A stretch of 49,143 nt of DNA from Basidiobolus meristosporus CBS 931.73 (lineage: Eukaryota; Fungi; Basidiobolomycota), in NCBI GenBank assembly GCA_002104905.1, contig MCFE01000657.1, forward strand, positions 1 through 49,143. The letters are read 5' to 3'. Shown one piece after another: positions 11,594-23,637 of the stretch. The notes below the pieces were generated by a model that searched no databases, was not told the origin of the DNA, and saw nothing but the letters and a program-made list of their open reading frames with translations. The position numbers and the translations under genes are program-made. The first letter of the stretch is position 1. Each line of letters starts with the position of its first letter.

Positions 11594-11913
11594 CCCTAAG
11601 AAAAAAAACTGAGAAAGGCCAGCAAAATACCATCATAGTATTGGCTGGACTCCAAGTTTCTCAAAATTGACGGCTCTCAATATCTCTGTTCTGAGCCAAT
11701 GGGCAGGCAAGCAAACAGGTTCTCCTGGAGGAGACTAGGCAAACTAGCACCCATATCAAATTTGGTAATTAGCTGCCCATTACTTCAATCAAAAATTGCA
11801 TTTGAAATTTTGGGCCCAAAACACCAGCTGAATACCAGCAAAATATCATCAGAATATAAGCAGAATACCTGCTAAAAATCAGATGAACTCCAAGTTTGAG
11901 ATTTTTCATAGGG
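11594..11913. mobile_element. 320-bp non-autonomous CACTA-type MITE with CCCTA termini
   Basis: CCCTAAGAAAAA ... TTTTTCATAGGG inverted ends, TAG direct repeats at 11591-11593 and 11914-11916, internal repeated motifs CCAGCAAAATA and ACTCCAAGTTT. Confidence 0.8.
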
Positions 11914-11916
11914 TAG

Positions 11917-12302
11917 CATTATACAGAAATAGCAGCAGGCTGATTTACTGCCATTACAATGCTTGCCAATGTCCACATTGAGGCAATTAGAACACCATCA
12001 GGCTTCTAGCTATAGGATTCAATTAGATGTATTGGCCAGTTAGATCCACACAAATAAATGTAGAGTGTATTGAGACCATCAAAATACCATACAATTCTTG
12101 TCAAAAGACTACTAAAGCACTGCCAAGATTTTAACTGTATTTTTCTGTAAGTTCAGTAAAATGCCATCTCAATCCCATGATACACTTGTGCAGTGTGTCA
12201 ATTATTCCAAGCTGCCACCATTAGGATGGCCTCATTGCAGGATCCTGATGATTCTTCTGGACTGGATCCACCTGCAGGACCATTTGATTGTTTCTCATGA
12301 GG
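11917..12302 (+). repeat. Family-D right subterminal block ending in a degenerate TIR
   Basis: Homologous to 3936-4650 (reverse) and 43386-43730 (reverse). Confidence 0.65.
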
Positions 12303-12329
12303 TCTACTGTTGAGTATTAGAGCATCACT

Positions 12330-13620
12330 AGGTACACTAAATGAGTGTACTACTTCTTCTGGAGTGGTGCTCATGAAAACGTACTAGAATATTGCAAGGA
12401 TTTATTACAAATACTTGCAGATGAGGTGCTAGACCTTGCAGTGCCAGCTGAATACCAGGATATATGGGAACCAGTGATTGAACAGTGGCATAAGGCCATA
12501 TGGTTCCCACTAAAGTCATGGAGAAAGGGCATTGCAATAGACATACTTAACAAATAATGGATTTTAGTGTAGTTACTTGTTTAGTGTATAGTTGGGCTTA
12601 ATATTGGTGTTGGGTATAGGTACTTGTGTAGGACAGTATAATTGGCAATTGAGTTACAACTGAAGTTCCCATGTAAATAAGCCAATTTGTATGCAAAAAA
12701 AGTGGGTGCCTTAGTTTAGTCAGGAGGCAAGAAGTGTGAAAAAGAAGTAATAGCCAATCAATGTACACAAAGATTGATGATGATTACTTTTCCAGTATCA
12801 GAAAGTGAGAGAACTGGTAGAGAACCAATCAATGCCACTTATGCACTGCTGTGTTAAGGAATTTATCTAAGCTTATTGTGCAATCCAAAGGGTAACTTTT
12901 TTAGTAGCCTTTACATGGTGTCTGCACTGCATCAATACTTCTTAGTAATGGGATTTGTGCTTTGTGACTGCTTTTCAAGAGGATCATCACAGTTATTAGC
13001 CAATAATGGGTACACACAGAGGTTGCAGCACTCATTCAAGAGCAGTACTTGGAAAATGCTCATGAGTGTTGCAAGGATTTATGGCAAAGACTGGCAAAAG
13101 ATGTATTAGACCTTGCAATGCTGGCTGAAGACCAGGATAGATGGGAACCAGTGGATGAACAGTGGCATAAAGCTGTATGGTTCCTGTCAAAGTTGTGGAA
13201 AAAGGGTGTGACAGCAAAAGTACTTATTGAATGGTTGATTTAATGGAGTTACTGCTGAGTGTGAGGTTGGGCTTAATGTTGGTGCTGGGTAAAGGGACTT
13301 AAGTAGGCCAATAAAATTGGCAACTAAGGTACTACTGAAGTTTAAACAGAAATAAATCAATCAGTATTCATGAATAGTAGAGCATTGGTTGAGTCAGGAA
13401 GGAAGGAGTGAAAAAAAGTGGCAATAGCCAAATAATGTACACAAAGGTAGGAGGTAGTAGAGTATCTGTGATCCAAAATTTAGTGAGCTGGAAGTGAACC
13501 AATCAAAAGCCACCTGTTTATAATGGTGATAGCAAATTTTGACTGAAATTTTTGTAAACTCTAAGATGCAATTTTATAATGGTCTTTGCATGAATCTCTT
13601 GGGACATCAATACCTCTTAT
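12330..13620 (+). mobile_element. Two tandem fragments of the family-D accessory gene 3' region and left end
   Basis: ORFs 12345-12557 and 13049-13243 (CKDL.Q.LA..VLDLA..AE.QD.WEPV.EQWHKA) repeat the peptide of 6432-6668 and 36966-37232. Confidence 0.75.
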
Positions 13621-13943
13621 GTAGCTTCACAGGCAGTCATGTACTCTGCTTCTGTCATGAAGAGTGTTAGGGTTGGCTGCATTCTTGGTTCCACAAAATG
13701 AAGTTAAGAAACATTACAGTATTTCTACAGTGCTTTGCCTGTTGTAAGAGTCTTGGAGATATTGGAAGTGATTTGGGGTGCAAGTAGAGTATGTGGTTTT
13801 CACTTAATGATTTATTGAATGTAAAAGTAATATTTATACTTTTGCATGGTCTTGGCATGACAAACACATAGAATAGGTTTAGTAAGGTCTCAACTACATG
13901 TGTGCCAAGTTTGGGGCTGTTTGCACAACTTTGAGAATTTTCA
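13621..13943 (-). mobile_element. Truncated family-A LTR (13740-13943) abutting a diverged copia RNase H fragment (about 13621-13739)
   Basis: TGTTGTAAGAGTCTTGG LTR end at 13740; minus strand reads QPTL...EAEYM.ACEAT. Confidence 0.75.
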
Positions 13944-15012
13944 AAAACTTAACAGTGTCTTGAAAGCCTCTTTGCAGGCCTCTGATGGTATTAAATTGGC
14001 AGTATGGTGGCCTACAGCTAGTACTGTAAAATGCTACTGTACCAATTTACCAAAAGGTATTTCCTTTTTCTACCTCCCCTTGTGCAATTCAAATATACCA
14101 CTTCAGATGAACCCCTCTTTATTTGCTTACCCACTACTACCTTGGGTATTCCACATATAGTACAAAACAAAAATACTATGGCCTGCTGCTTACTAACCTC
14201 TACACATACCCACACCTGTTGCAATTGCCATACTGCTATCACCTCAACTTTATGGCCTCTAAATGTGATACTTGCATAGTTGCCATATACCTTGTATTGC
14301 AGGTAACATACACATCTAGCAAACATATGCTTAGTTGCCTCCATTTCTGCCACAAATACCTCCTGAATATCTGCAAAGAACTATTTGGTATTTAGCAAAC
14401 ATATTTCTTCTCTCTGCTAGATTCTAGTCCCCCTAATAGGTATACTATGGCTCTTGTCTGCGTGAAATTTGTATTAAATGGTGCAGAAATGCGCTTATGA
14501 CCATGGGAAATCTGGCATACTTTGGTAGGGTTCTCCTAATAAAAATTAGTTGCTTGTTGCACCCAACCCAGCTTTGCATAACTTAACTGATTACCCACAC
14601 ATTGGGGCTGCTTGGCTTCTTAATGCATATAAACATAGGTGTCTCCATGTGCACATCTGTCCTGAATATTATCCAGCTTTTCCTGGCTGTCCTCCATGTG
14701 CCAGCTCATTGCATCCATGACAGACTTTGAGGTAATATACTTGATGAGATTGGGATATGGTAGTACCTGTAACTTGACTTGTTATCTCCCCACAAATCTG
14801 CTCCATAGTAAACTCCCAAAAGGTGAAGCAAGGTCCAATATTCTCTACACACCAAGCAAGATGAAGTAGCAAATGGATGCAGTAGTGGCAGGGATTTAGT
14901 GTTCAGCTTTATGCTTTCAGTACAGCTGCTCAAATCCTGTTGCAAGCTCTTTGCACAAAAGCTGTAAATGTATTAAGTTGACATTGGTGATCCACTACTG
15001 GATCAATATTCC

Positions 15013-15709
15013 TGTTGTGCATCAACATTTAAAACTTAGCCAATTTTACTCCGTTTGAAAATCTAGTACCCTAACTGATTTTCCCTAACCCAAACATAAC
15101 AAATCCCAGTTACAGTTTATTTTATCCCACCTCAGAATCTATTTTTAGCTATCACACCTGATCTATTTTCAAATGGTCATTACTTTATCAACCCATCTGC
15201 CAAGCCTTCCCAGGTGATTAGTCATCTGAGATCTATCCAACCACGGTGCAGTTGCCAAGACATCAGCTGATTGATGATGTAATTTTCATTTATCTTGTGA
15301 ACCCATGAACACCCAAATTGATTTCAATCAATCCAGTCCCTTAGCGCTTACTAATTCAACTTGATCAGAAAAGTATAAATAAAGTTTACTGAACCTTTTA
15401 GTTTAGTGTGTATCTCAACAAAATTAAGATTCTGTCTCAGCAAAAATAAGAATCCAACAATTCTGTTCTAGTTTCTATCCAAGCCTAGTATATCTAGCAC
15501 TCCAAAGAACACCAAGCCTAGCCTGACTAGCAAACAAATATCATTGTCTTTATAGCCAACCCAGCTATATCCAAGACCAACATTAGATCAGAATCTTTCT
15601 GCTAATATTTCCGCCACTCTCTAACAATTCTAAGATTCTGCACTTAATTGTCCCTTTGGTTCAGTTAAACCATTCAAGTGTTTTATTATGCTCTCTCTTG
15701 GATACAACA
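15013..15709 (+). mobile_element. Solo LTR of gypsy family C (697 bp)
   Basis: TGTTG...CAACA, 5-bp TSD ATTCC (15008-15012 and 15710-15714); empty site visible at about 10672-10705 (reverse). Confidence 0.97.
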
Positions 15710-15939
15710 ATTCCTACAACTTCCACATATTTTGCCCAAACTTCCAATGTAGTCTTGATAGAAACAGCTTCAGAAGGCCACTTGAATAAAAACATATCCA
15801 GCTCATCCAGTCCTTGCACTTGTATTGTTGCATATGCCTATGAATGCTGATTGGAGCCCATGAGAAGTACTGATGGGAGCAGATTCACTATGATATCTTG
15901 CCAATTGTTTCAGATTTTGGCAGTAGCTCAAAGAGCCCA

Positions 15940-16636
15940 TGTTGTGCATCAACATTTAAAACTTAGCCAATTTTAATCCGTTTGAAAATCTAGTACCCTA
16001 ACTGATTTTCCCTAACCCAAACATAACAAATCCCAGTTACAGTTTATTTTATCCCACCTCAGAATCTATTTTTAGCTATCACACCTGATCTATTTTCAAA
16101 TGGTCATTACATTATCAACCTATCTGCCAAGCCTTCCCAGGTGATTAGTCATCTGAGATCTATCCAACCACTGTGCAGTTGCCAAGACATCAGTTGATTG
16201 ATGATGTAATTTTATTTATCTTATGCACCTATGAACACCCAAATTGATTTCAATCAATCCAGTCCCTTGGCGCTTACTAACTCAACTTGATCAGAAAAGT
16301 ATAAATAAAGTTTACTGAACCTTTTAGTTTAGCGTGTATCTCAACAAAATTAAGATTCTGTCTCAGCAAAAATAAGAATCCAACAATTCCGTTCTAGTTT
16401 CTATCCAAGCCTAGTATATCTAGCACTCCAAAGAACACCAAGCCTAGCCTGCCTAGCAAACAAATATCATTGTCTTTATAGCCAACCCAGCTATATCCAA
16501 GACCAGTATTAGATCAGAATCTTTCTGCTAATATTTCCTCCACTCTCTGACAATTCTAAGATTCTGCACTTAATTGTCCCTTTGGTTCAGTTAAACCATT
16601 CAAGAAGTTTTATTATACTTTCTCTTGGATACAACA
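15940..16636 (+). repeat. 5' LTR of gypsy C
   Basis: TGTTG...CAACA; TATAAATA at 16300-16307. Confidence 0.97.
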
Positions 16637-16640
16637 TTTT

Positions 16641-16649
16641 TTTTGTTGA
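16641..16649 (+). other. Putative self-priming primer-binding site
   Basis: TTTTGTTGA is complementary to TCAACAAAA at 16341-16349, 33 nt downstream of the TATA box; no TGG-type tRNA PBS present. Confidence 0.55.
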
Positions 16650-16676
16650 ATTCCATTACATTCAGCCAATTAGAAG

Positions 16677-18331
16677 ATGTCCTCAGCAGCAAGCAATCCA
16701 AACCTTTCCATGTTGGAAGAGGCCAGAAGAAGTCAGGAAGAACTTACTGAACAGCTTGAAAACATCATGCTTGAAAGAAATACCATGATGCTTGAGCACT
16801 CAAAGCTTGCCAAAACAAGATCTGATAATCACCGTAGAGATGAACTCCTTGAAGTTATATCCGGTTACCAAGATGAAATTGGAATAATTAAGGAAGCACT
16901 GGAGAATATTGCCATAGTAATTGACAGCATTGAAAATCCACCAAGCCTTGCTCTGCATCAGCCACCAAGAAGTCATGCCTTTGAGTCCTCCAGATCTACA
17001 TCTCCTTCTAGACCTGCCCCAGTGGTTGTCCCAAGATCCTTGCCTGTTTATGCTGAAGGCACCAATGCCATCAAGAATCCAACTGAGTTTCTTTACAAGT
17101 TTAGTCACGTCTTAGCTGCACACCAGCTAGACCCTGACACCAACTGGGCTAGACTCCTGCCTCTCTGTCTCACAATGCAAGATGCTGACTGGGTTGAAGT
17201 GAACATTCCTTCCAATAGTACATGGAAAATTGCCCAAAACCTCTTTTGCAGCCATTTTGAAGATCCTCTCAAGAAAGCACATCTGAACTGCGACTTATGG
17301 AAAACTAAAATGCAAAAAGGTGAATCTGTGCAACACTTCTGTGATAGATTCCAAAGACAAATGAGATTAGCTGGAGTTAGTGATGATAATCCATCGCTTA
17401 CTGCTCATTTTCTTTCAACTTTTCACACCAGCTACAGAGCAATATTGCTATTGTCAAAGCATGTAACCCTGCACGTACCTATGACCAGATCTCAGAGATA
17501 TGTACACTGGCAATCACCTTGACTGCAGCTGTTAGCCAGACTTCAGGCAACTCAACCCAAAATCCCACAACAGCCGGAAGAGAGACCAGTCATGTGACCA
17601 AGAAGCAATCAACCGCTACCAAGCACTGTGAGCTTCATGGAAAATGCTATCATTCTACCAGTGAATGCAAAGGCATCACCAAGCAGTCAAACAAGTCAGG
17701 AAACACCGCAGAAAAGCAGCAAAACACCAAAACCAATAATCCATATGCTGATGACAAGTGCTTTAAATGTGGAAATATGGGACATAGATCACCTGCCTGT
17801 CCTGAGAAGAACTCCACACCATCAGCCAAAATTACCCAGATCCTTGATGATCATTCAGCCAATGATACAATGAGGTATGAAGAAGCATATGAAGAACTTA
17901 CAGTTCAAGATTATCACAACCTCTTTGAGTTTCCGGCTAAAATTGCAACTGTTCAAGAAAAGAAGCAACCAATCACACAGCTCAAAGCCATAGAAGTGCC
18001 ACTCACCCTCAATGGCCAATCATATGTAGCACTACTGGATACTGGATCATCCAACTCTATTGTATCACCCAATGTAGTCAGAGAACTCAATTTGGAGATA
18101 GAAAAACGACCAGGAAAAATCATTCTTGCAGCTAAGGATCTCTCAGCCCCAAGAATTGGTATTACCAACCCAATTAACATACATTGTGGCTCAGTAACCA
18201 TAATCCATCAGATGGAAGTGATTGACATACCAGATGGACCTCAGGTAGTCATTGGTCTGGACAGCTTCAGCAAACTTGGCTTTCACATAGGCAGACTACC
18301 GGTTTCCTATCCAGGAATCACTAAATCTTAG
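16677..18331 (+). pseudogene. gag: Gag (CCHC knuckle) and aspartic protease of gypsy C, one frameshift near 17425
   Basis: CFKCGNMGHRSPAC knuckle; ALLDTGSS protease motif; ORFs 16677-17522 and 17519-18331 join by a single frameshift. Confidence 0.9.
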
Positions 18332-18655
18332 CCACTCATAATGGATCAAATCCCAGAGATTATCTCATCCCAACCAGAAGAAGAAGAGTTAACCCCAACT
18401 TTTCAAGAATATTCTCAATCAGTCAAATTGGATATTCAGGCGGACATAGAGAAAAACTCAGGCCATTCCAAGGAACAGCTTCTGCACCATCCCAGAATCC
18501 ATTGTTACACTAGAGACCCCACCTGGTGAGTCAACATGGAGGAGGCAATACCCAATTCCGCATTCATGTCAACACTTAGTTGATGAGATAGTCCAAAATG
18601 GGCTGACAATGGAATTATCACTCAAGCCCCTGTCAACACAACATTCAACAGCCCT

Positions 18656-21160
18656 TTGACGCTTGCACCAAAGAAAGATGCTGATGGAAATCTAACCTTG
18701 AAGAGACCCGGTTTGGACCCCAGACCTCTGAACAAGCTTCTCCAAGATGACAAGTTTCCAATTCCAAGAATCCAAGATATCTTTTCCGCACTATCAGGAG
18801 CAAAGGTATTCTCCAAGTTGGACTTGAAGGATGCATATCACCAATTCCAGATCCATCCTGATCACCAGCATAAGACTGCCTTCACTTGGAATAATATGCA
18901 ATGGATGTTTCAGGGAGCTCCCTTTGGCCTAAAGACACTTACCAGCAAGTTTCAGAGAGTCATGACTATAATACTCAAAAATGCACCATACGCATTGGTA
19001 TTTGTTGATGATGTCATCATATTTTCCACTAACTGTGATGATCATGCAACCCATGTCACTGATGTAATCAACAGACTGACAACTGCTGGACTGATTCTCA
19101 ATGCTGAAAAGTGCAGTTTTGCCCGCCTCAAAATCAATCTACTTGGATTTATAGTCACACCAGCTGGCCACCAATTAGATCCTTTCAAACTGGTCAATAT
19201 CCCAGAATGGCCAAAACCCACTAGCGCCAAGCAACTTCAACATTATCTTGGAGTATTCAACTATTTCAGGGAACACATACCACTCATGTCCTCATTGAGT
19301 GCCCCTTTAGATGCATTACGCCATAGCCCTGATCTCACCTCAGCCTGGAACAAGACTCATGACCAAGCCTTTGAGTCACTCTGCCAACTGCTTCCACAAG
19401 CACCCACCTTATCCTACCCAGACTTTACTAAGCCCTTTGTTGTTGCTACAAATGCATCTAATGTTGGGTTAGGGGCAGTCCTCTATCAAGATGAAGACCA
19501 AAATCCGCCTCACTGGATCTCTTTCCAAGCCAGGTCCCTACAACCTGCTGAGAGAAACTACTCTGCTACCAAGAAGGAGCTACTTGCCATAGTCTTTGCC
19601 TTGAAGAAGTTTCATCAGTATCTATGGGGTAATCCTTTTACCTTGTACACTGACCACCAAGCCCTTGTCTATATCCACACTCAGAAGACTCTGACTCCAA
19701 TGCTTACCAACTGGCTTGATACTCTACTTGATTATGAATATACAGTTATTCATCGCCCAGGAATTCTCAACATCCTTCCTGACCACCTGTCAAGACTTTT
19801 TCCAACTTCACCTTGGGAGGGACATGTGATTACTGATGTAATCAGTAAACTCTCTACAACTTCCAAAATAATTCCTCAACTGGATTCAACAACTTGGAAA
19901 GTCCCACCTGAAGAACAAAGGAAAACATTTATACAGAGGAGTCATTTACTTGGCCACTTTGGAGCTGACACACTTATGAAGAAGCTACACTCTGATGGAT
20001 ATCACTGGCCAAATATCAAAGTTGACTGCTTAGAATTTGTCAAGTCATGCAGAGAATGTCAACTTTACAATATCAGCCGCCATGGATTTCACCCTTTGAG
20101 CCCCATCCATGCAAGCCTTCCTATAGATCATATTGCAATTGATCTAGCTGGACCTTTCACCACTAGTGATGATGGTAATCACTACCTCTTTGTAATTGTG
20201 GATGTCTGCACACATTTTGTCTTCCTCAAAGCTATCCCAGACAAGTATGCTGCCACTATTGCACAAGAACTATTCAAGCTCTTCTGCCTTTTTGGATTCC
20301 CTAAGGTCATTCAATTGGATAATGGAACAGAATTTGTGAATCACGTGATCAAAGCCCTTTGCCAGAATAGCGCCATTGATCACCGTCTGATCACTCCATA
20401 TCATCCCAAAGCTAATGGACTGGCTGAAAGACATGTTCAGACCTCAGTGAACATCATCAGGAAATCTATCAAAGGTATCAAGAATAATTGGGACAAGTAC
20501 ATTCCAACTGTACAATATGCTATCAACACCAAAATTGCCGCTCTATATGGATCAACACCATTTTCCTTGATGTTTGGAAGAAGATACAACCACTTTGGAG
20601 ACTACCAGAATACAGAGTTAGCAAGTTTGAATACAGACAAGCTAAAGAACCGGCTTGAGTACCTTACCAACATTGTCTACCCTGCTATCAGTGCCAGAAG
20701 TAAGGCCTCTCAGCAAAAGATGACTTCAACATACGCCTCAAGACACAGGAACAGCAGCTTCCCAGATGGGTCATGTGTCATGACACTAGATCCAATCCGG
20801 CAATCTAAGCTTGACCCCAAGTATGAAGGACCATTCAAGGTTGTCAGATGCACTACTGGAGGATCTTATGTACTTCAGGATAACACTGGAGCACTGCTAC
20901 CCAAAAACTTTCCACCTTCTTCACTCAAACTTATTTCTCAAGACCCAGTAACTTCGGAATCCTATGAAGTTGAAGCTATTGTGGACCATGATGGAGAAGA
21001 ACCAAATTGCCTTTATTTAGTCAAGTGGAAAGGCTATGATGCCAAACACAACACCTGGGAACCTTACACCAACTTTGACAATGTTGCCATTATTGATCAG
21101 TATTGGAGCTGCAGAGGAACCCAGAAGGTATCAAAAAACTCCTCTTCCGGAAGGAAGTGA
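18656..21160 (+). CDS. pol: Pol: reverse transcriptase, RNase H, integrase, C-terminal chromodomain (the upstream part at 18332-18655 has a stop and frameshifts)
   Basis: FSKLDLKDAYHQ, MFQGAPFGL, VFVDD; SATKKELLAIV; H-x4-H...C-x2-C; IDLAGP, DNGTEF, NGLAER; YEVEAIVDH...YLVKWKGY...NTWEP. Confidence 0.95.
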   Translation: MTLAPKKDADGNLTLKRPGLDPRPLNKLLQDDKFPIPRIQDIFSALSGAKVFSKLDLKDAYHQFQIHPDHQHKTAFTWNNMQWMFQGAPFGLKTLTSKFQRVMTIILKNAPYALVFVDDVIIFSTNCDDHATHVTDVINRLTTAGLILNAEKCSFARLKINLLGFIVTPAGHQLDPFKLVNIPEWPKPTSAKQLQHYLGVFNYFREHIPLMSSLSAPLDALRHSPDLTSAWNKTHDQAFESLCQLLPQAPTLSYPDFTKPFVVATNASNVGLGAVLYQDEDQNPPHWISFQARSLQPAERNYSATKKELLAIVFALKKFHQYLWGNPFTLYTDHQALVYIHTQKTLTPMLTNWLDTLLDYEYTVIHRPGILNILPDHLSRLFPTSPWEGHVITDVISKLSTTSKIIPQLDSTTWKVPPEEQRKTFIQRSHLLGHFGADTLMKKLHSDGYHWPNIKVDCLEFVKSCRECQLYNISRHGFHPLSPIHASLPIDHIAIDLAGPFTTSDDGNHYLFVIVDVCTHFVFLKAIPDKYAATIAQELFKLFCLFGFPKVIQLDNGTEFVNHVIKALCQNSAIDHRLITPYHPKANGLAERHVQTSVNIIRKSIKGIKNNWDKYIPTVQYAINTKIAALYGSTPFSLMFGRRYNHFGDYQNTELASLNTDKLKNRLEYLTNIVYPAISARSKASQQKMTSTYASRHRNSSFPDGSCVMTLDPIRQSKLDPKYEGPFKVVRCTTGGSYVLQDNTGALLPKNFPPSSLKLISQDPVTSESYEVEAIVDHDGEEPNCLYLVKWKGYDAKHNTWEPYTNFDNVAIIDQYWSCRGTQKVSKNSSSGRK
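21149..21160 (+). other. Polypurine tract of gypsy C
   Basis: GGAAGGAAGTGA directly before the 3' LTR; contains the pol stop codon. Confidence 0.8.
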
Positions 21161-21858
21161 TGTTGTGCATCAACATTTAAAACTTAGCCAATTTTAATCC
21201 GTTTGAAAATCTAGTACCCTAACTGATTTTCCCTAACCCAAACATAACAAATCCCAGTTACAGTTTATTTTATCCCACCTCAGAATCTATTTTTAGCTAT
21301 CACACCTGATCTACTTTCAAATGGTCATTACGTTATCAACCCATCTGCCAAGCCTTCCCAGGTGATTAGTCATCTGAGATCTATCCAACCACGGTGCAGT
21401 TGCCAAGACATCAGTTGATTGATGATGTAATTTTCATTTATCATATGCACCTATGAACACCCAAATTGATTTCAATCAATCCAGTCCCTTGGCGCTTACT
21501 AATTCAACTTGATCAGAAAAGTATAAATAAAGTTTACTGAATCTTTTGGTTTAGTGTGTGTCTCAACAAAATTAAGATTCTGTCGCAGCAAAAATAAGAA
21601 TCCAACAATTCCGTTCTAGTTTCTATCCAAGCCTAGTATATCTAGCACTCCAAAGAACACCAAGCCTAGCCTGACTAGCAAACAAATATCATTGTCTTTA
21701 TAGCCAACCCAGCTATATCCAAGACCAGTATTAGATCAGAATCTTTCTGCTAATATTTCCGCCACTCTCTGACAATTCTAAGATTCTGCACTTAATTGTC
21801 CCTTTGGTTCAGTTAAACCATTCAAGAAGTTTTATTACACTTTCTCTTGGATACAACA
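21161..21858 (+). repeat. 3' LTR of gypsy C (698 bp)
   Basis: About 14 substitutions and 1 indel relative to the 5' LTR (manual count). Confidence 0.97.
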
Positions 21859-23637
21859 GCCCATTTAGCTTGAAATGCCCCATGTCCAACTTGGTCATCA
21901 GTATAGGGATATTGTAGAAAAGCAAATGCATTGGTCTCAGTGGAAAGCTTTTGCTCCAGGAGATACCTACTATCTTAAGTATCTCTGGCTTTGAATTGAT
22001 TCCATATTCCAGCTGATGGCTTATAGCTTGCTAACTTTGCTGCAATTGCATGCTGACTTCTGTACATACTCTCTGCAGAAATACTATGTTCCTAGTGTTG
22101 GTGTTTAGGTAATAATAATGTGTGAGAGTTATGGAGTAAGTCCCCTGGATCTTACACATTCAACAGCAATACTCCCCATTGTACCCAGAAAAGCCAGCTA
22201 TCTTAATGATGGCTGGGATATCTCCAATGCAGTAATAGTATGTGCTTGACCTGGCAGCCATTTAATGTTATCCTGCCAGAAAGCATACAAAGCTCATCCA
22301 GTAATGGATACAGGGAGCTATCCAAATTGAAAGGTGATTAAGGCCCCAAGATCAGTGAGAATACCATCAGATTTCTGCTCTAATACTACAAGATAGGCAG
22401 CAAATTCAGGTTGAATAGAATCAGTGTCCAGCAGGATTTGCAGGTGGAGTATGTGTTTAATGAAAATCTATCAAGTGCTAAAGCAAAGGCTTGGTCATAT
22501 ATACCTTTAAAGTATCTTTTGCTCCTTGGCTGTTTGTAATGTTTGCCATCTAATGTAGTGGATATGCTTACATTTAATTTATACTGAGTGCACTACTTTA
22601 TAGCTTGATAATAATGGTTGGACTGCATGAGCATCTTGAGATGTGGTATTACTAGAATATATTAGGAGCCTGAACAATGTCTTTCCCCAATGGTGGTGGA
22701 TTCCTGACAAGTTGGACTCCTTGTAATGGCGGTATCTTCTGATGTGAATGCCATGAAACCATCAACTCATGCTGGTATCAGGACAGTCTCTAGGTCATAT
22801 GTTGCCAGACACATGACAGTAGTCTGTTTATACCATGTACATGGTAAGTTGAATCCCATGATGGTTTTGGCAAAAAGTAGTTGTAAATATTCAAAGCCCC
22901 CACTGTTGATATTAGTGGAAGCTTGCCACTTCTCTAGTCTCAACATCACATCATTGACCAGTAGAGGAATTACTGGGCTCACTTGGCTCCACAAAGGATC
23001 CTAGTCATTAATTTTATTGGTATTGTTGCATTGCATAATGGGACTTTGCAGGGCTCATGCAGGGCACTGTTATTAGGGATGATAGGCCCACAATGCATTA
23101 GTGAGCCTGCTTCTTGAGAGCTATCACTGTGTGTGCCATATTTAGAGGGCTGGGTTGAGCCTAACAACTTCACAAGCTTGCCTGACTCAGTTTACACAAA
23201 ATGACAAGTGTGGCTAGGTGCCATTCTAGAAGTATCAAGTTACTGGCAAGATATGGTTGGTACAGTAGTGGCTTGTGGGTGGTCAAGTGTGACCTGTGTG
23301 GTAAAGCACTGGCTGTGATTCTTGTAGTACTTCCTATGCTGTCTGCATGCTTCATAGCTGAGAGGCTTGCTACAATAGCCACATGGTCTTTTTTCTCTTC
23401 TCTTACAGCATTGAGTCACAGTAGTCTTGTCCATGGGGCAAACAGTTTGACCTTCAACAATGTAGCAATATAATATCACTTTTTGGTCAATACTCATGTT
23501 AACTTATGACAGTCTTGTATTTGAGACATTGCACCTACATGAATGTAAAATTCAATCATGACCCACCATAGTAAGAATTATACCCAAAGCTGTGGCACCA
23601 CATACCCACATATACATAACACTATTTCCCCTTTGGT

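Larger units (their letters stand above)
15940..21858 (+). mobile_element. Full-length Ty3/gypsy chromovirus (family C), 5919 bp
   Basis: Two LTRs about 98% identical, 5-bp TSD GCCCA (15935-15939 and 21859-21863), gag-PR-RT-RH-IN-chromodomain order. Confidence 0.98.

Noticed and set aside
12990-13010. A further D terminus at 13010
   Set aside because: It is in the expected position, but the TIR match is too degenerate to call; mentioned only as possible.
18320-18345. TAG at 18329-18331 as programmed read-through between protease and RT
   Set aside because: It lies within pol next to other frameshifts; simple decay is more parsimonious.
18995-19020. FVDD instead of YxDD in the gypsy RT
   Set aside because: A conservative aromatic substitution with the catalytic Asp pair intact; not evidence of a novel enzyme.
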